From positions 1 through 64,000 of IMG/VR virus record IMGVR_UViG_2788500220_000014: a stretch of DNA of 64,000 bases. One strand, 5' to 3'. The notes beneath the pieces were generated by a model. That model worked only from the letters and a program-made list of their open reading frames with translations. It made no database searches and had not been told where the DNA came from. Position numbers and translations under genes: made by a program. The stretch is from a virus (lineage: Duplodnaviria; Caudoviricetes). The first letter of the stretch is position 1, and every line of letters starts with the position of its first letter. Positions 8,084-17,747 of this stretch are shown here, piece after piece.

Positions 8084-10012
8084 CTAGCCGTCGCGCCAAA
8101 GATTGTTGCTAGCATACCTTAAGATCTCTTCTGCAGAGTCTTCACTATAACCATATTCTTCAATCATAGTACTAACCATGTCACCATATCGTTTTTGCTG
8201 GTCGTCATCCCTAGTCTTACTCTTGGTAACAATCCGGGCCATATCTTTGACAGATGTAATTAGATAACCCTCAATAGCTTCTTTGAGAGGTTCATAACTT
8301 CTATAATCTACTATATCGCCGCGTCTCATTCTTGCGAACATATACGCAGTAACATCACTCCTGAAGCCGTCCCTGCTGGAACCAATGATGCCGATTTGTT
8401 CTTCAATCGATCTCATAAACTCCTCATCGGGCTCTCGCTCTTCTTTAGTGATTCCGTCCTTTACACGTTGGCGTGTTGTAAATGCTTCAGCATTATCAAG
8501 GTATGTATCAAAAAGAGCTTGAGCTTGTTCTTCGTATGCGGTGACAAATGCTTTTGCAATTTCTGTCTCTAGTATTTTTAGATACTCTTCTCTTACACCC
8601 TGTAGGATTTCTAAGCAACTATCTTTAAAATCTTCCCGAATAATCTGATCTTTGACTTGTCGGGTTAGAGATTTTAGAATTGAAACAGGGGTAATCATAC
8701 TCTTTTCAGCGTCAGATAAAGCATTATCAATTGATTTCATAATAAATCTTGTTGAGATTCCTTCCATCCCTTCCCGGGGGGCAGCCTCATCTTTAAGATC
8801 TTTGATATCAATTTTCTTGACCCTACCTTTTTCTATAACATCTTCACCGTTATAGATTTTCATCTTCGTTAAGATGTCACACTTTGCAGATGCTTTAAGC
8901 CTAGATAAAACTGAAAACATTGAGGCAACCTTTAATGTATGAGGTGCGATGTGTGCTTTGAAATCAGATCTAGATAAAAGCTTTTCATAGATTTTAATCT
9001 CTTGATCAAGCTCTAAAACATATGGTACATTAATCTTAACAATTCTATCTAAGATTGCCTCGTTGGTATGTTCTGCCCGAAACCTATTCCACTCTGCTTC
9101 GTTGCAGTGCGCAAGAATAACTCCATCAAAATGAATCATAGCATTTTTTCCTGGAGACGGAATCCTTTTTTCCTGCGTTGCTGTAATTACAGTATGAAGA
9201 AATTCAATTTCATTTTTAAAAACCTCAATAAGCTCCACAATGCCTCTATTACCCACATTAAATGCACCATTCAATGACAGTACTCGTGGATCATCTTCAG
9301 GAAATAAATCTAACTTAGATATATCCTCTGACCCAATAAGTACTGAAACATCTTGGCTGTTTGCATCCATCGGTGGGACGGAAGCAATCCCCCTTCGGGC
9401 CCGTGCTGAGAACGTTCTTTCAACAACAGGAAAATTTTCATACTGGCCATCATGATCTTCAAGCAGTTTGTGGCGGGCCACTGGACTTAGATCTCCTTCA
9501 ATCTTAACCTTTAAAATCTTTTCAAATTCTTTTCGCAACCCGCGCGGAACCAAATGCAATGGCTCACCACATTGAGGATCACCTTCAAGGCAATAGTATT
9601 TCTCTCCCTCTAGGGCAGCCTTAATATGTTCTGTTAGCGCAGACTTACCGGCCCCAACCGGTCCCATAAGTAATAGAATTTGCCGGCTCTCTTCACCTTT
9701 AAGTGAGGCAGACTTGAGGAACCGCATAAGTTTTGCGATTACTCTTTCCATTCCAAAAAATTCTGAGTCGAAATAGTCATATACCTGAATATTCTCCCCA
9801 TCAAACAGCTTATGGTTCCTAGATATATCTGACATAACACCAGAACCTTTATTCGCGATGGCATCATAAAGACGCTTATGAGCCAACCTTATAATATCTG
9901 GATTCTTTTGAACTAAATCCAGATACTCTAGAAAAGTCCCTCTAAACTTTTCTTCCTGATTCGTATCTCGTTGTTTCTGAATCAGATTCAAAAATTTCTT
10001 TTTATCGGTCAT
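8084..10012 (-). CDS. prkA: PrkA/YeaG family AAA+ protein (annotated as serine protein kinase)
   Basis: FFGME, LLMGPVGAGKS Walker A, NRGIVELIEVFK, HCNEAEW, EAILDR, EGMEGISTRF. Confidence 0.95.
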   Translation of the reverse strand: MTDKKKFLNLIQKQRDTNQEEKFRGTFLEYLDLVQKNPDIIRLAHKRLYDAIANKGSGVMSDISRNHKLFDGENIQVYDYFDSEFFGMERVIAKLMRFLKSASLKGEESRQILLLMGPVGAGKSALTEHIKAALEGEKYYCLEGDPQCGEPLHLVPRGLRKEFEKILKVKIEGDLSPVARHKLLEDHDGQYENFPVVERTFSARARRGIASVPPMDANSQDVSVLIGSEDISKLDLFPEDDPRVLSLNGAFNVGNRGIVELIEVFKNEIEFLHTVITATQEKRIPSPGKNAMIHFDGVILAHCNEAEWNRFRAEHTNEAILDRIVKINVPYVLELDQEIKIYEKLLSRSDFKAHIAPHTLKVASMFSVLSRLKASAKCDILTKMKIYNGEDVIEKGRVKKIDIKDLKDEAAPREGMEGISTRFIMKSIDNALSDAEKSMITPVSILKSLTRQVKDQIIREDFKDSCLEILQGVREEYLKILETEIAKAFVTAYEEQAQALFDTYLDNAEAFTTRQRVKDGITKEEREPDEEFMRSIEEQIGIIGSSRDGFRSDVTAYMFARMRRGDIVDYRSYEPLKEAIEGYLITSVKDMARIVTKSKTRDDDQQKRYGDMVSTMIEEYGYSEDSAEEILRYASNNLWRDG

Positions 10013-10061
10013 ACCAGTTAACTCCAGTTTTCGATAGGCATTGCATATTCATTTATAATTA

Positions 10062-11372
10062 TTAAATCTCCCAGGGTTCTTCTTCAACTATAGTCAATAG
10101 TTTAACAGTGTCTCCCCATAGAGTCGAAATATGCTTAACAACTTCGTCTGCATAATTCAATTCTAAATCTCTTCCATCATGTTCATGTTGTAAAACTAGC
10201 ACATTTCCCTCTTTTTCTACATCAATAACATTTATCTTTGGAATTGTACCTTCCCCCACTCCTTTGATAAGGCTTTCTTTAATATTTTTCCACCCATCAA
10301 CGTCAGATATTTCATCAACAGAATAAACACCCTTTCGTTTTTTTGAATATGCAAATAAATTTAAGTCCTTACAATCATCTTCGATTAAGTATTCTCTTAA
10401 AAAGGATTGATCATTTCCAACTTCTCTAGCCAAGAAACACCTGTCTAACCCATGCCTCTCTTCAATCTTTTCGAACAATTTAAATCCAAGATGATATGGA
10501 TTAACGGCACCAATATGTGGCCTAATAACTTGGTTATGGCTCTTAATAAATGGTATATGATATTCTTGAGGTAATTCTAAAGCATTACTAATTCTGTAAT
10601 GCCAAAAAGATGCCCACCCCTCATTCATAATCTTCGTACGAATTTGGGGCATAAAATATAATGATTCATCATGTACAATTTCTAATATATCTTTTTGCCA
10701 GTCTTTAATTCTTCCATGTTCAATTATAAACTTTAATACATCATACTGGGGTTCGAGAGGAATCTTGTCGATATCAAAATCAATATATTGACCATCAGTA
10801 TCGTTCTTAATTCTATCAGTATATGTTTTCTTTAACTCTTTATGTGTGGGGCGATCTAGCTGATATCTGTCAATTTGATATTTTACTGCGTGTGCAGCAT
10901 CTAGAATTTCCTCAACTTTTTCAATTCCAATACTGGGGTCTTCAATATAGCCCTGGATTCTTTTTCTAGCATTTCGAAATCTTCCGCAAACTGAATTCGG
11001 CCTAGTCTTTGCAAACGTTCTATTATTTTTAAAAAAATCAGAGTGACCAACACAATGGGCCATAATCAAGATCTGCAGATAGGCAGGATTTTCCCGCATC
11101 AAATATGCTATTGATGGGTTTGAATTGATAATAAGCTCATAAGGTAATCCTTCGGCACCCATATTATACATCTGATGTGTTCTTTCAAATGACTTACCAT
11201 AAGACCAATGTTGGTAATGGCTTGGCAAACCATGATAGGACATGTGCCCTATCATTTGGTAATAATCACATACCTCGTATGTAATTGGATGCCAATCTAG
11301 ACCTGCATCTTCTGCGATCCTACAAATCTTTTCGTCCCATTCTTCTAGGAGCTTAAAATTCCAATCTGACAT
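10062..11372 (-). CDS. spoVR: SpoVR/YcgB family protein
   Basis: HWSYGK, YELIINSNPSIAYL, AHCVGHSDFFKNN, TKIMNEGWASFWH, NPYHLG. Confidence 0.95.
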   Translation of the reverse strand: MSDWNFKLLEEWDEKICRIAEDAGLDWHPITYEVCDYYQMIGHMSYHGLPSHYQHWSYGKSFERTHQMYNMGAEGLPYELIINSNPSIAYLMRENPAYLQILIMAHCVGHSDFFKNNRTFAKTRPNSVCGRFRNARKRIQGYIEDPSIGIEKVEEILDAAHAVKYQIDRYQLDRPTHKELKKTYTDRIKNDTDGQYIDFDIDKIPLEPQYDVLKFIIEHGRIKDWQKDILEIVHDESLYFMPQIRTKIMNEGWASFWHYRISNALELPQEYHIPFIKSHNQVIRPHIGAVNPYHLGFKLFEKIEERHGLDRCFLAREVGNDQSFLREYLIEDDCKDLNLFAYSKKRKGVYSVDEISDVDGWKNIKESLIKGVGEGTIPKINVIDVEKEGNVLVLQHEHDGRDLELNYADEVVKHISTLWGDTVKLLTIVEEEPWEI

Positions 11373-12562
11373 TATGAACTTCCCATCGCTAATTTTCCAC
11401 CAAATAGCATCTTAAAAGCAGGCCAAATATCAGACGCCTGTGTAATTTTTACAGTCTTAAACTTTTGATCTACTAGGGGCTCATATGCATTAGATAATTT
11501 AGTCCCTTCAGATAACCACTTAATTCTCTCTTCATCAGGCTCAATTTCACAATAACAATACATCTGACTAGCTAATTTAAGTTTTGTAGAGAGATCTTGG
11601 ATCTTGTCCATATCATTTGGCCAGTTATCTCCATCTGAACAATGAAATGAGTATATGTTCCAGGACGTCGACGGATACCTTTCTTTAATAATCTCAAGTG
11701 CCAACTCTACAGCAGAAGAGGCAATTGTTCCCCCGCCGGCGCCTCTTTTAAAGAATTGTTCTTCATTTACTTCATATGCCTGTGTGTCATGTGCAATGAA
11801 AACAAGATCAGTATTTTCATATCTGTGATTAATAAATTGGTATAATAGAAAATAAAAGCTTCTAGCCAAAAACTTTTTTTGTTTTGTCATAGAGCCAGAA
11901 ATATCCATCATAAAGAATATGACAGCGTTACTAGTCTCTTTTGTTGTTTTTTGTATATGCTTATATTTTAGGTCATCCTTATGAAATGGAAACCTAGAGT
12001 CCTCATCATCCGGATCATATGTGCCAGCACGCTTTGCTGCGCTACGTCTCTTGATTTTTTTAAGCAATGTCTTCTTTTTATCAAGTCGTGGCTTAATACC
12101 AAAATCTCTATAGCCATGCCTCCGAAGTTTTTCGGATAGTATTTTTTTCATTTGCTTTTTCTCAAGCTCAGGTAATTCTAAGCTATCAAACAAATAAGCA
12201 GCAAGTTCTTCTAGGGTAATTTCGACATCATAATACTCGACGCCCCGTTCATTTCCAGGCTTGTCACCCTCACCTTGCTCTTCATTTTGTGACCTACCAA
12301 CCTGTTGGCCACGTTTTACATTTTTCCCGGGCGCAGATCCTACTCTCTGATTATTTTCATTATCGCCATACACAAATTGGTATTCTTTGATTCCCCGTAC
12401 AGGGATGCGTATCTTCTTTTTGCCCTCTTTACCAATAATAGATTCGTCTGCAATAACATGATAGATCCCCTCACGAATTGCCTTTTCGATCTTTTGTTTA
12501 TGTCGGCTTTTGTCAGATGCTGATCTGTCAGCCGATATTCTATGTTCTTTGAAGATAGACAT
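11372..12562 (-). CDS. yeaH: YeaH/YhbH (DUF444) vWA-like protein
   Basis: AVIFFMMDISGSM MIDAS-like motif, GGTIASSA, WNIYSFHCSDGDNW; co-located with spoVR and prkA. Confidence 0.93.
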   Translation of the reverse strand: MSIFKEHRISADRSASDKSRHKQKIEKAIREGIYHVIADESIIGKEGKKKIRIPVRGIKEYQFVYGDNENNQRVGSAPGKNVKRGQQVGRSQNEEQGEGDKPGNERGVEYYDVEITLEELAAYLFDSLELPELEKKQMKKILSEKLRRHGYRDFGIKPRLDKKKTLLKKIKRRSAAKRAGTYDPDDEDSRFPFHKDDLKYKHIQKTTKETSNAVIFFMMDISGSMTKQKKFLARSFYFLLYQFINHRYENTDLVFIAHDTQAYEVNEEQFFKRGAGGGTIASSAVELALEIIKERYPSTSWNIYSFHCSDGDNWPNDMDKIQDLSTKLKLASQMYCYCEIEPDEERIKWLSEGTKLSNAYEPLVDQKFKTVKITQASDIWPAFKMLFGGKLAMGSS

Positions 12563-12617
12563 GTCTTTATTAAATATCTCTAAGCTTAGACATTATGTAC
12601 AAGCAATCATTAATTTT

Positions 12618-13082
12618 TTATTTATTTGCCAGTAAGCCTGACCCTATTATTGTATGGGCCCATATCACTCCGGGCACAATAAATTTTTTTGTATTATTGC
12701 AAAGCTCTGTCCACGAAACCCATTTTGCAGAGTCATGTTCTAGAATTCCAGTATGGGGGTTTGGACGTATTATGGGGTCCTGAGTTGTCAGAGCTATAAA
12801 AAATGTCATTTTTTCATTAATATATGAATTTGTACCCCACATAAAATTTAACTCTGTAATTCCGGCTTCTTCTTCTGTTTCTCTTATAGCTGCTTCAAGG
12901 GCTGACTCTTTGTCATCAATACCACCCTTAGGAATATCATATATACCTTTATTTAAAAGTGCTAATACTTTCAATATTCCACCAAAATCTCTAACAACGA
13001 TAATCCCTGCGCCTTCGGGAATGTCATTTGACTCTATCATTTGAGATAAAACCCTCCGTAATAAGTCCAGTTCTATATTCAT
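12618..13082 (-). CDS. NUDIX hydrolase
   Basis: Nudix box PKGGIDDKESALEAAIRETEEEAGI. Confidence 0.92.
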   Translation of the reverse strand: MNIELDLLRRVLSQMIESNDIPEGAGIIVVRDFGGILKVLALLNKGIYDIPKGGIDDKESALEAAIRETEEEAGITELNFMWGTNSYINEKMTFFIALTTQDPIIRPNPHTGILEHDSAKWVSWTELCNNTKKFIVPGVIWAHTIIGSGLLANK

Positions 13083-13660
13083 TAGCTAACTGTTTTAATT
13101 ATATCTTGAAGTTGAGACCAGTGTGCAGGATTAATTTCTGGCGGGATTCCGCTATATTTTAGCTCTAAAGAATTTAATGCTGTTAGATATTTCAAGGCCT
13201 GTTTTTTATGTGGAGAAGATGAGAGGTTATGTAGCATATCGGCTAGCTTTATTTTTAACGCACCCGGATTATCAGATAATGACAAAACATATTTTGAGTA
13301 GTCTGCACCTGGTTCATGTGTTAAAAGATATAAGATCTGTAAAACATGTTTTCCTTCGCTGGGACTAGAATATGACGACGTTATAGCATTGACAAGTTCA
13401 TTTTCATCAACATAGTTCCCATATTTTATAGCATCTTCTAGCGTATCATGTAATAAAGCAGCTGTACATAACAGCTGCTCTCCTGGATAATATTGCTTTA
13501 TAATATTTGCGACTGCTATCGGGTGTTCGATGTATGGTTCGCCGCTGCGCCTCATCTGACCTGAGTGTGCTTTTTCAGCGGTTTGTAGAATATTTGAGGC
13601 ATCTTTACCCCCACAAACTTCTTTTATGTATTCTCTTAAAACTTGAAAATCAGATCTCAC
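13082..13660 (-). CDS. HD-domain RelA/SpoT-type small alarmone hydrolase-like (Mesh1/SAH-like)
   Basis: AHSGQMRRSGEPYIEHPIAVA, AALLHDTLED, IKLADMLHN: the RSH hydrolase motifs, with no synthetase domain. Confidence 0.88.
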   Translation of the reverse strand: MRSDFQVLREYIKEVCGGKDASNILQTAEKAHSGQMRRSGEPYIEHPIAVANIIKQYYPGEQLLCTAALLHDTLEDAIKYGNYVDENELVNAITSSYSSPSEGKHVLQILYLLTHEPGADYSKYVLSLSDNPGALKIKLADMLHNLSSSPHKKQALKYLTALNSLELKYSGIPPEINPAHWSQLQDIIKTVS

Positions 13661-13709
13661 AACTTATTCCCACAAGGCTAAATTATAATTATCTACTTGT
13701 GGTGTGATC

Positions 13710-14300
13710 TTAATCATCTTTGATAACATTTTCATGAATAATTCCACGAATAGTTTTTCTTAACAACATTTCATGTTTAATTTCTATCTTGTTTGCAGAA
13801 ACTTTGACGTCCGGATATTTTGCTTTTAATGCAGAATCGATTGCAGTTATATTATCTATAGAATCCTCATATATGTATACGTCTGTATAACCAGGGGCAG
13901 GAGCTTTGATCATATGACGAAGGACCCTTGTTACTTTTGCTTGGGGATTTGAACTACCCACCCCTATAATATGAATATCATCTGTAATACCGTTATCATT
14001 TAAAAAAGCTTTCATAGGTGCTGCTTTTCCGCGTGCAGATAATACCATTACATTTTGAATACCGTCTTCTTGGATTGCTTTTTTTAATAACTTAAATGTG
14101 TTTGTTATAACTTTTCCATCCGGAGGGTATACATCAAACTCAGAAAAATCAAATCTATCGCCAGGCTGTTCAATATATGTTGCAAATTCATGGCTTTGCA
14201 GCAATTCAATATCCCCACTGGAATGTATTACTTTAACTTTTGCACCTGAAGAAACTAGTGTGTCATCAAAATCAAAAATATGTAGTCGTTTATTCTTCAT
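13710..14300 (-). CDS. HAD-superfamily phosphatase
   Basis: FDFDDTL motif I, LSARG motif II, YEDS motif IV. Confidence 0.85.
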   Translation of the reverse strand: MKNKRLHIFDFDDTLVSSGAKVKVIHSSGDIELLQSHEFATYIEQPGDRFDFSEFDVYPPDGKVITNTFKLLKKAIQEDGIQNVMVLSARGKAAPMKAFLNDNGITDDIHIIGVGSSNPQAKVTRVLRHMIKAPAPGYTDVYIYEDSIDNITAIDSALKAKYPDVKVSANKIEIKHEMLLRKTIRGIIHENVIKDD

Positions 14301-14814
14301 AATCTAAATGTTGTTGGGAAGTTTCAACTAGCATACTACTAGACTGGATCTTTCCTCCACCAACATTAAATATGACCTTGCACCCGATATCGGAACAAAG
14401 TCGAAACTCCGGAACGGTCTCTGCGTTGACCCTATCTCCTCCCTTAGTAAAATAGTTTGGGCGAATGATGTCAATGGCTCCAGTAACCGTTTGGCTTCCA
14501 TCATCCCATCCCACAACATAGTCAACACCTTCAATCCCAGCAATTATTTCCATGCGCTCCTCATGAGGCATAAAGGCATAACCCTTTTTTCGTTCTAAAA
14601 ATCCGTCCCCATTTACAATAATAATAACAATTCCCGTATGCCTTGTAGGATATTCATCCGGATTGTTGGCTAATTCTACTGTACCCTGTATGCATCTAAG
14701 ATGTCCTACATGCATTGGGTCAAAGCCACCGGAGGTTACATATATATCTCTATCATAAATCCCTTGTAGGTCATTTACGAGCATACTAACATCACTTATA
14801 ACCTTACCTGGCAT
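14290..14814 (-). CDS. Cytidylyltransferase-like nucleotidyltransferase (HIGH family)
   Basis: SGGFDPMHVGH, FTKGGDR, KIQSSS. Confidence 0.9.
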   Translation of the reverse strand: MPGKVISDVSMLVNDLQGIYDRDIYVTSGGFDPMHVGHLRCIQGTVELANNPDEYPTRHTGIVIIIVNGDGFLERKKGYAFMPHEERMEIIAGIEGVDYVVGWDDGSQTVTGAIDIIRPNYFTKGGDRVNAETVPEFRLCSDIGCKVIFNVGGGKIQSSSMLVETSQQHLDYEE

Positions 14815-14820
14815 TGTTAC

Positions 14821-16464
14821 CTACTTTAAGCAATCGGAAAACCCCTTTGGAAAGAATGGTTTATTCTTGTTATAGAAGAAATCCCAATCACCGTCTAGAA
14901 TGTATGTTACTGCATGATCATCCATACTTCGCACACTCCGTCCAACCGCCTGTACAATTGACTTTGCGGTTTGTAAGGGGTACCACCATCTCCACTTATT
15001 CATTCTCTTTTTTACTAGTTTGTCACCGAGATATGGATACGGTACCTTACAAATAACCTGGAATCGTCCTAACTCATCGTAAAGATCAATTCCTTCTGTC
15101 ATTGAAGGTGATAACAATATTGTTGGAGATTTTGACTTGATATGTTCATTTAACATATCTTCCCTATTATCGCTGCTGTGGATCAACAATCTCTTACTAC
15201 GGATATTTCTCTTAAGATAATTTGCGATCTTGTATGTGTGGCAATGAATTATTCCTTTTTCATTTTTATGTTGTTCCATAATCGCTTTGACGGCTTTTGC
15301 TAATTTCGGAAGGGTATCATCAATTGCCTTCGCACTCATCTTTCCGATTGGGAAAGCCATGATCGGCCGGTGTTCTACTGGGAAAGGAGAAGGGATAGAT
15401 ATAAAAGCAACATCATCTCGCGGAATTCCAAGCAAAGTACAAAATGCATCTCTATCTAGAATTGTAGCTGACATCATGACAACATGTTTTCCATGTTTAA
15501 AAACCATATCATCTGCAAACGGTGCAACATCAATAGGCTTGAATTCAAGCCTCCGCCCTGCTCTGCCATCAGCCGGCGCCATATTAAAGACCCAATTATC
15601 GCTATCATATACATCTAAGAATCGCTGGATTTTACATGCATGTTTATCTAATAGGTCATACTGTTTGGCTAGCTTCGCAAACTCTTGTAGTTTTTCCCTA
15701 AGATTTATATACTTGTCTAACATCTTCTCAACGTGCTTCACGTGTGCGCGTATCTTGGGCGAGTATATATTCCGGATCCAGTCAATGGCTTGAAGCTGTG
15801 TTGATATGCGGGGCATCTGTAGTTTCATTGATTTTGCAAATCGTTCGGTGACTGCTACTTCAATAAACTTACTGAGCTCTGTTTCTACATTATGGGCCTC
15901 GTCGATGACCAGCATATTTCTTGGTTTAAGTTTTCCAGAATAAGTAGTTTCAGCCAGGAAATATGAAAAGTTAGTAACACTCTCAGTTGATGCAAGAAAT
16001 TCATCTTTAGCATTTTTATATGTGCAATTGAATACACAATGACGCCAGTGAGGTGTGCCTTTCTCAGCAACCTTAAGCAGCCTTTGTCCCTCGCCACAAT
16101 TTGTTTTACCCCCAAATGAGCATGTGTAATTAGATGAAGATTTAATAGAGCACATCGCTCCAGCCGGCTTTGCAAAGTCTTTAACATATTGTTCCTGAAG
16201 GATTTTTTGTGTCGTTAAAAAATATCCTCCTGGTTTATATGGTTCTTCATCATGATGCATAGCCTGAAGAGGTAGTGAATCCATGTATCTTGACAACGTT
16301 ACACCGATAGCACTCTTGCCCACCCCTGTGCCGGCCTCAACAATAACAAATTTTTTCTCTTGATTTATAAACGCATCTAAAGCAAAGTCAATAGCTTCTG
16401 CTTGTGCATCCCTAATATCGTTATATGGAAAAATAGACTTTACATTAAATTGCATTTCACACAC
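14821..16464 (-). CDS. DinG/Rad3-like SF2 helicase
   Basis: Q-motif, EAGTGVGKS, DEAH, MSAT, EGID, KVPYP, QAVGRSVRS; Cys cluster compatible with an Fe-S domain. Confidence 0.92.
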   Translation of the reverse strand: MCEMQFNVKSIFPYNDIRDAQAEAIDFALDAFINQEKKFVIVEAGTGVGKSAIGVTLSRYMDSLPLQAMHHDEEPYKPGGYFLTTQKILQEQYVKDFAKPAGAMCSIKSSSNYTCSFGGKTNCGEGQRLLKVAEKGTPHWRHCVFNCTYKNAKDEFLASTESVTNFSYFLAETTYSGKLKPRNMLVIDEAHNVETELSKFIEVAVTERFAKSMKLQMPRISTQLQAIDWIRNIYSPKIRAHVKHVEKMLDKYINLREKLQEFAKLAKQYDLLDKHACKIQRFLDVYDSDNWVFNMAPADGRAGRRLEFKPIDVAPFADDMVFKHGKHVVMMSATILDRDAFCTLLGIPRDDVAFISIPSPFPVEHRPIMAFPIGKMSAKAIDDTLPKLAKAVKAIMEQHKNEKGIIHCHTYKIANYLKRNIRSKRLLIHSSDNREDMLNEHIKSKSPTILLSPSMTEGIDLYDELGRFQVICKVPYPYLGDKLVKKRMNKWRWWYPLQTAKSIVQAVGRSVRSMDDHAVTYILDGDWDFFYNKNKPFFPKGFSDCLK

Positions 16465-16502
16465 CTTACCATATTGTACAATGCTAGTACTAGATTTTCA
16501 AG

Positions 16503-16946
16503 TTATCGCTGAGAATGATGCTGGTCTTCAATAAGCTTCGAAGCTTCTGCTATATAGATTCTTTTTCGAAGATTTGTTGTTGACCAGTTATGTGATCTCG
16601 AATTAAAGTAACACTCAATAGGAAGCTCATGTCCGGTAAATTTCTTATGTTCCCAGTCAGCCCCAAGTATTCGAACGTCAGGATTAATTCGCTTAAGCAA
16701 TTCTATTAGATCATCTTCAGTATCATATAACACCGTTTCGTCGACGAAACGAATTGACTTTACCATAATAATACGTTCTTCGTATGATTGAACAGGTTTA
16801 TTTTTATTATATCGATCAACACTGGGATCTGACTGAACACCAACAATTAGATAGTCACACTGGGCCTTGGCTTCTTCTAGCATTAATGCATGCCCAGTAT
16901 GAAAAAGATCAAATGCCCCGCATGTAAACCCAACCTTGTTATTCAT
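16503..16946 (-). CDS. Glycerol-3-phosphate cytidylyltransferase-like (TagD family)
   Basis: GAFDLFHTGH, YLIVGV, RSHNWSTTNLR. Confidence 0.88.
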   Translation of the reverse strand: MNNKVGFTCGAFDLFHTGHALMLEEAKAQCDYLIVGVQSDPSVDRYNKNKPVQSYEERIIMVKSIRFVDETVLYDTEDDLIELLKRINPDVRILGADWEHKKFTGHELPIECYFNSRSHNWSTTNLRKRIYIAEASKLIEDQHHSQR

Positions 16947-17520
16947 CTTCTACCTGATCTCCCCAAGAAGTCCATCCTTCTCTAATTTGTCTCGAGAACA
17001 TATCAAGATATGGGCCATGACTTCTTTTTTCGACCATTTGATAAAATGCATTCGGCTTGATACTATGCCCAGTTTTCTTTGCCTGAATTATCGATGAAAT
17101 GGTTCTGTCACCTGTACGAGGTAGTACACCCCTACCACGGGTACCAAACAAACATAGTTCATGTTTACCACGAAAATATTGCCCAAGGCCAATTTGGTTT
17201 TTGACCCATGCAATGTTTGTGATATAACGAAACCCCAGTGCACTCATTACTTCAAGTCCTTTAGGCAAAAAACTATTCGTAACCCAAAGATACATATGTG
17301 CATTATCATCTACATCTTCCCAAACCGGTGATTGGATAATCGTACGAATAATGCCTGGGGTGTCTAATAGGCTATAATGCTTGTCTGCACCTCTTTTGAT
17401 CTTACCACCCCCACGTTCCAACCATGGAGGATCAATTACAACAGCCTGATATTTAGGTTTCTCTTGCTCTTCATCAATTAATTCAAGATCTGAATCTTCA
17501 AAAAGTGTTTGTTGGATCAT
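16939..17520 (-). CDS. MT-A70 family N6-adenine methyltransferase
   Basis: IDPPW catalytic motif, LWVTN, GLGQYFRGKHE, HSIKP, WGDQ. Confidence 0.92.
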   Translation of the reverse strand: MIQQTLFEDSDLELIDEEQEKPKYQAVVIDPPWLERGGGKIKRGADKHYSLLDTPGIIRTIIQSPVWEDVDDNAHMYLWVTNSFLPKGLEVMSALGFRYITNIAWVKNQIGLGQYFRGKHELCLFGTRGRGVLPRTGDRTISSIIQAKKTGHSIKPNAFYQMVEKRSHGPYLDMFSRQIREGWTSWGDQVEDE

Positions 17521-17747
17521 TTTTCTTCCTGCCTATTAATACCATTAAGACGGTATAGTTCTCTAATGCCAGCCTCTGTAAGCATACACCAGGTGCCATT
17601 ATTATTTTTAAAAATTTCTGCCTCTTTTTTTGCTACTAACATATCAACACCAGCCAATTCTTTATGACTCATGTTTCCCAGATTTCTTTTCCCTGCCCAG
17701 CTAGCAGCAATTGATCGGATCAGTTGGTGCTTAAAATCTTTATTCAT
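17517..17747 (-). CDS. Hypothetical protein
   Basis: Coupled ORF within the operon. Confidence 0.6.
   Translation of the reverse strand: MNKDFKHQLIRSIAASWAGKRNLGNMSHKELAGVDMLVAKKEAEIFKNNNGTWCMLTEAGIRELYRLNGINRQEEK

Noticed and set aside
2933-12562. Interpretation as a bacterial chromosome (ftsZ, groEL, ssrA, prkA)
   Set aside because: There is no dcw or groES context, the homologs are diverged, and the surroundings are dense small hypothetical genes with phage-type early promoters. No capsid or terminase gene is in the window, so phage origin remains an inference.
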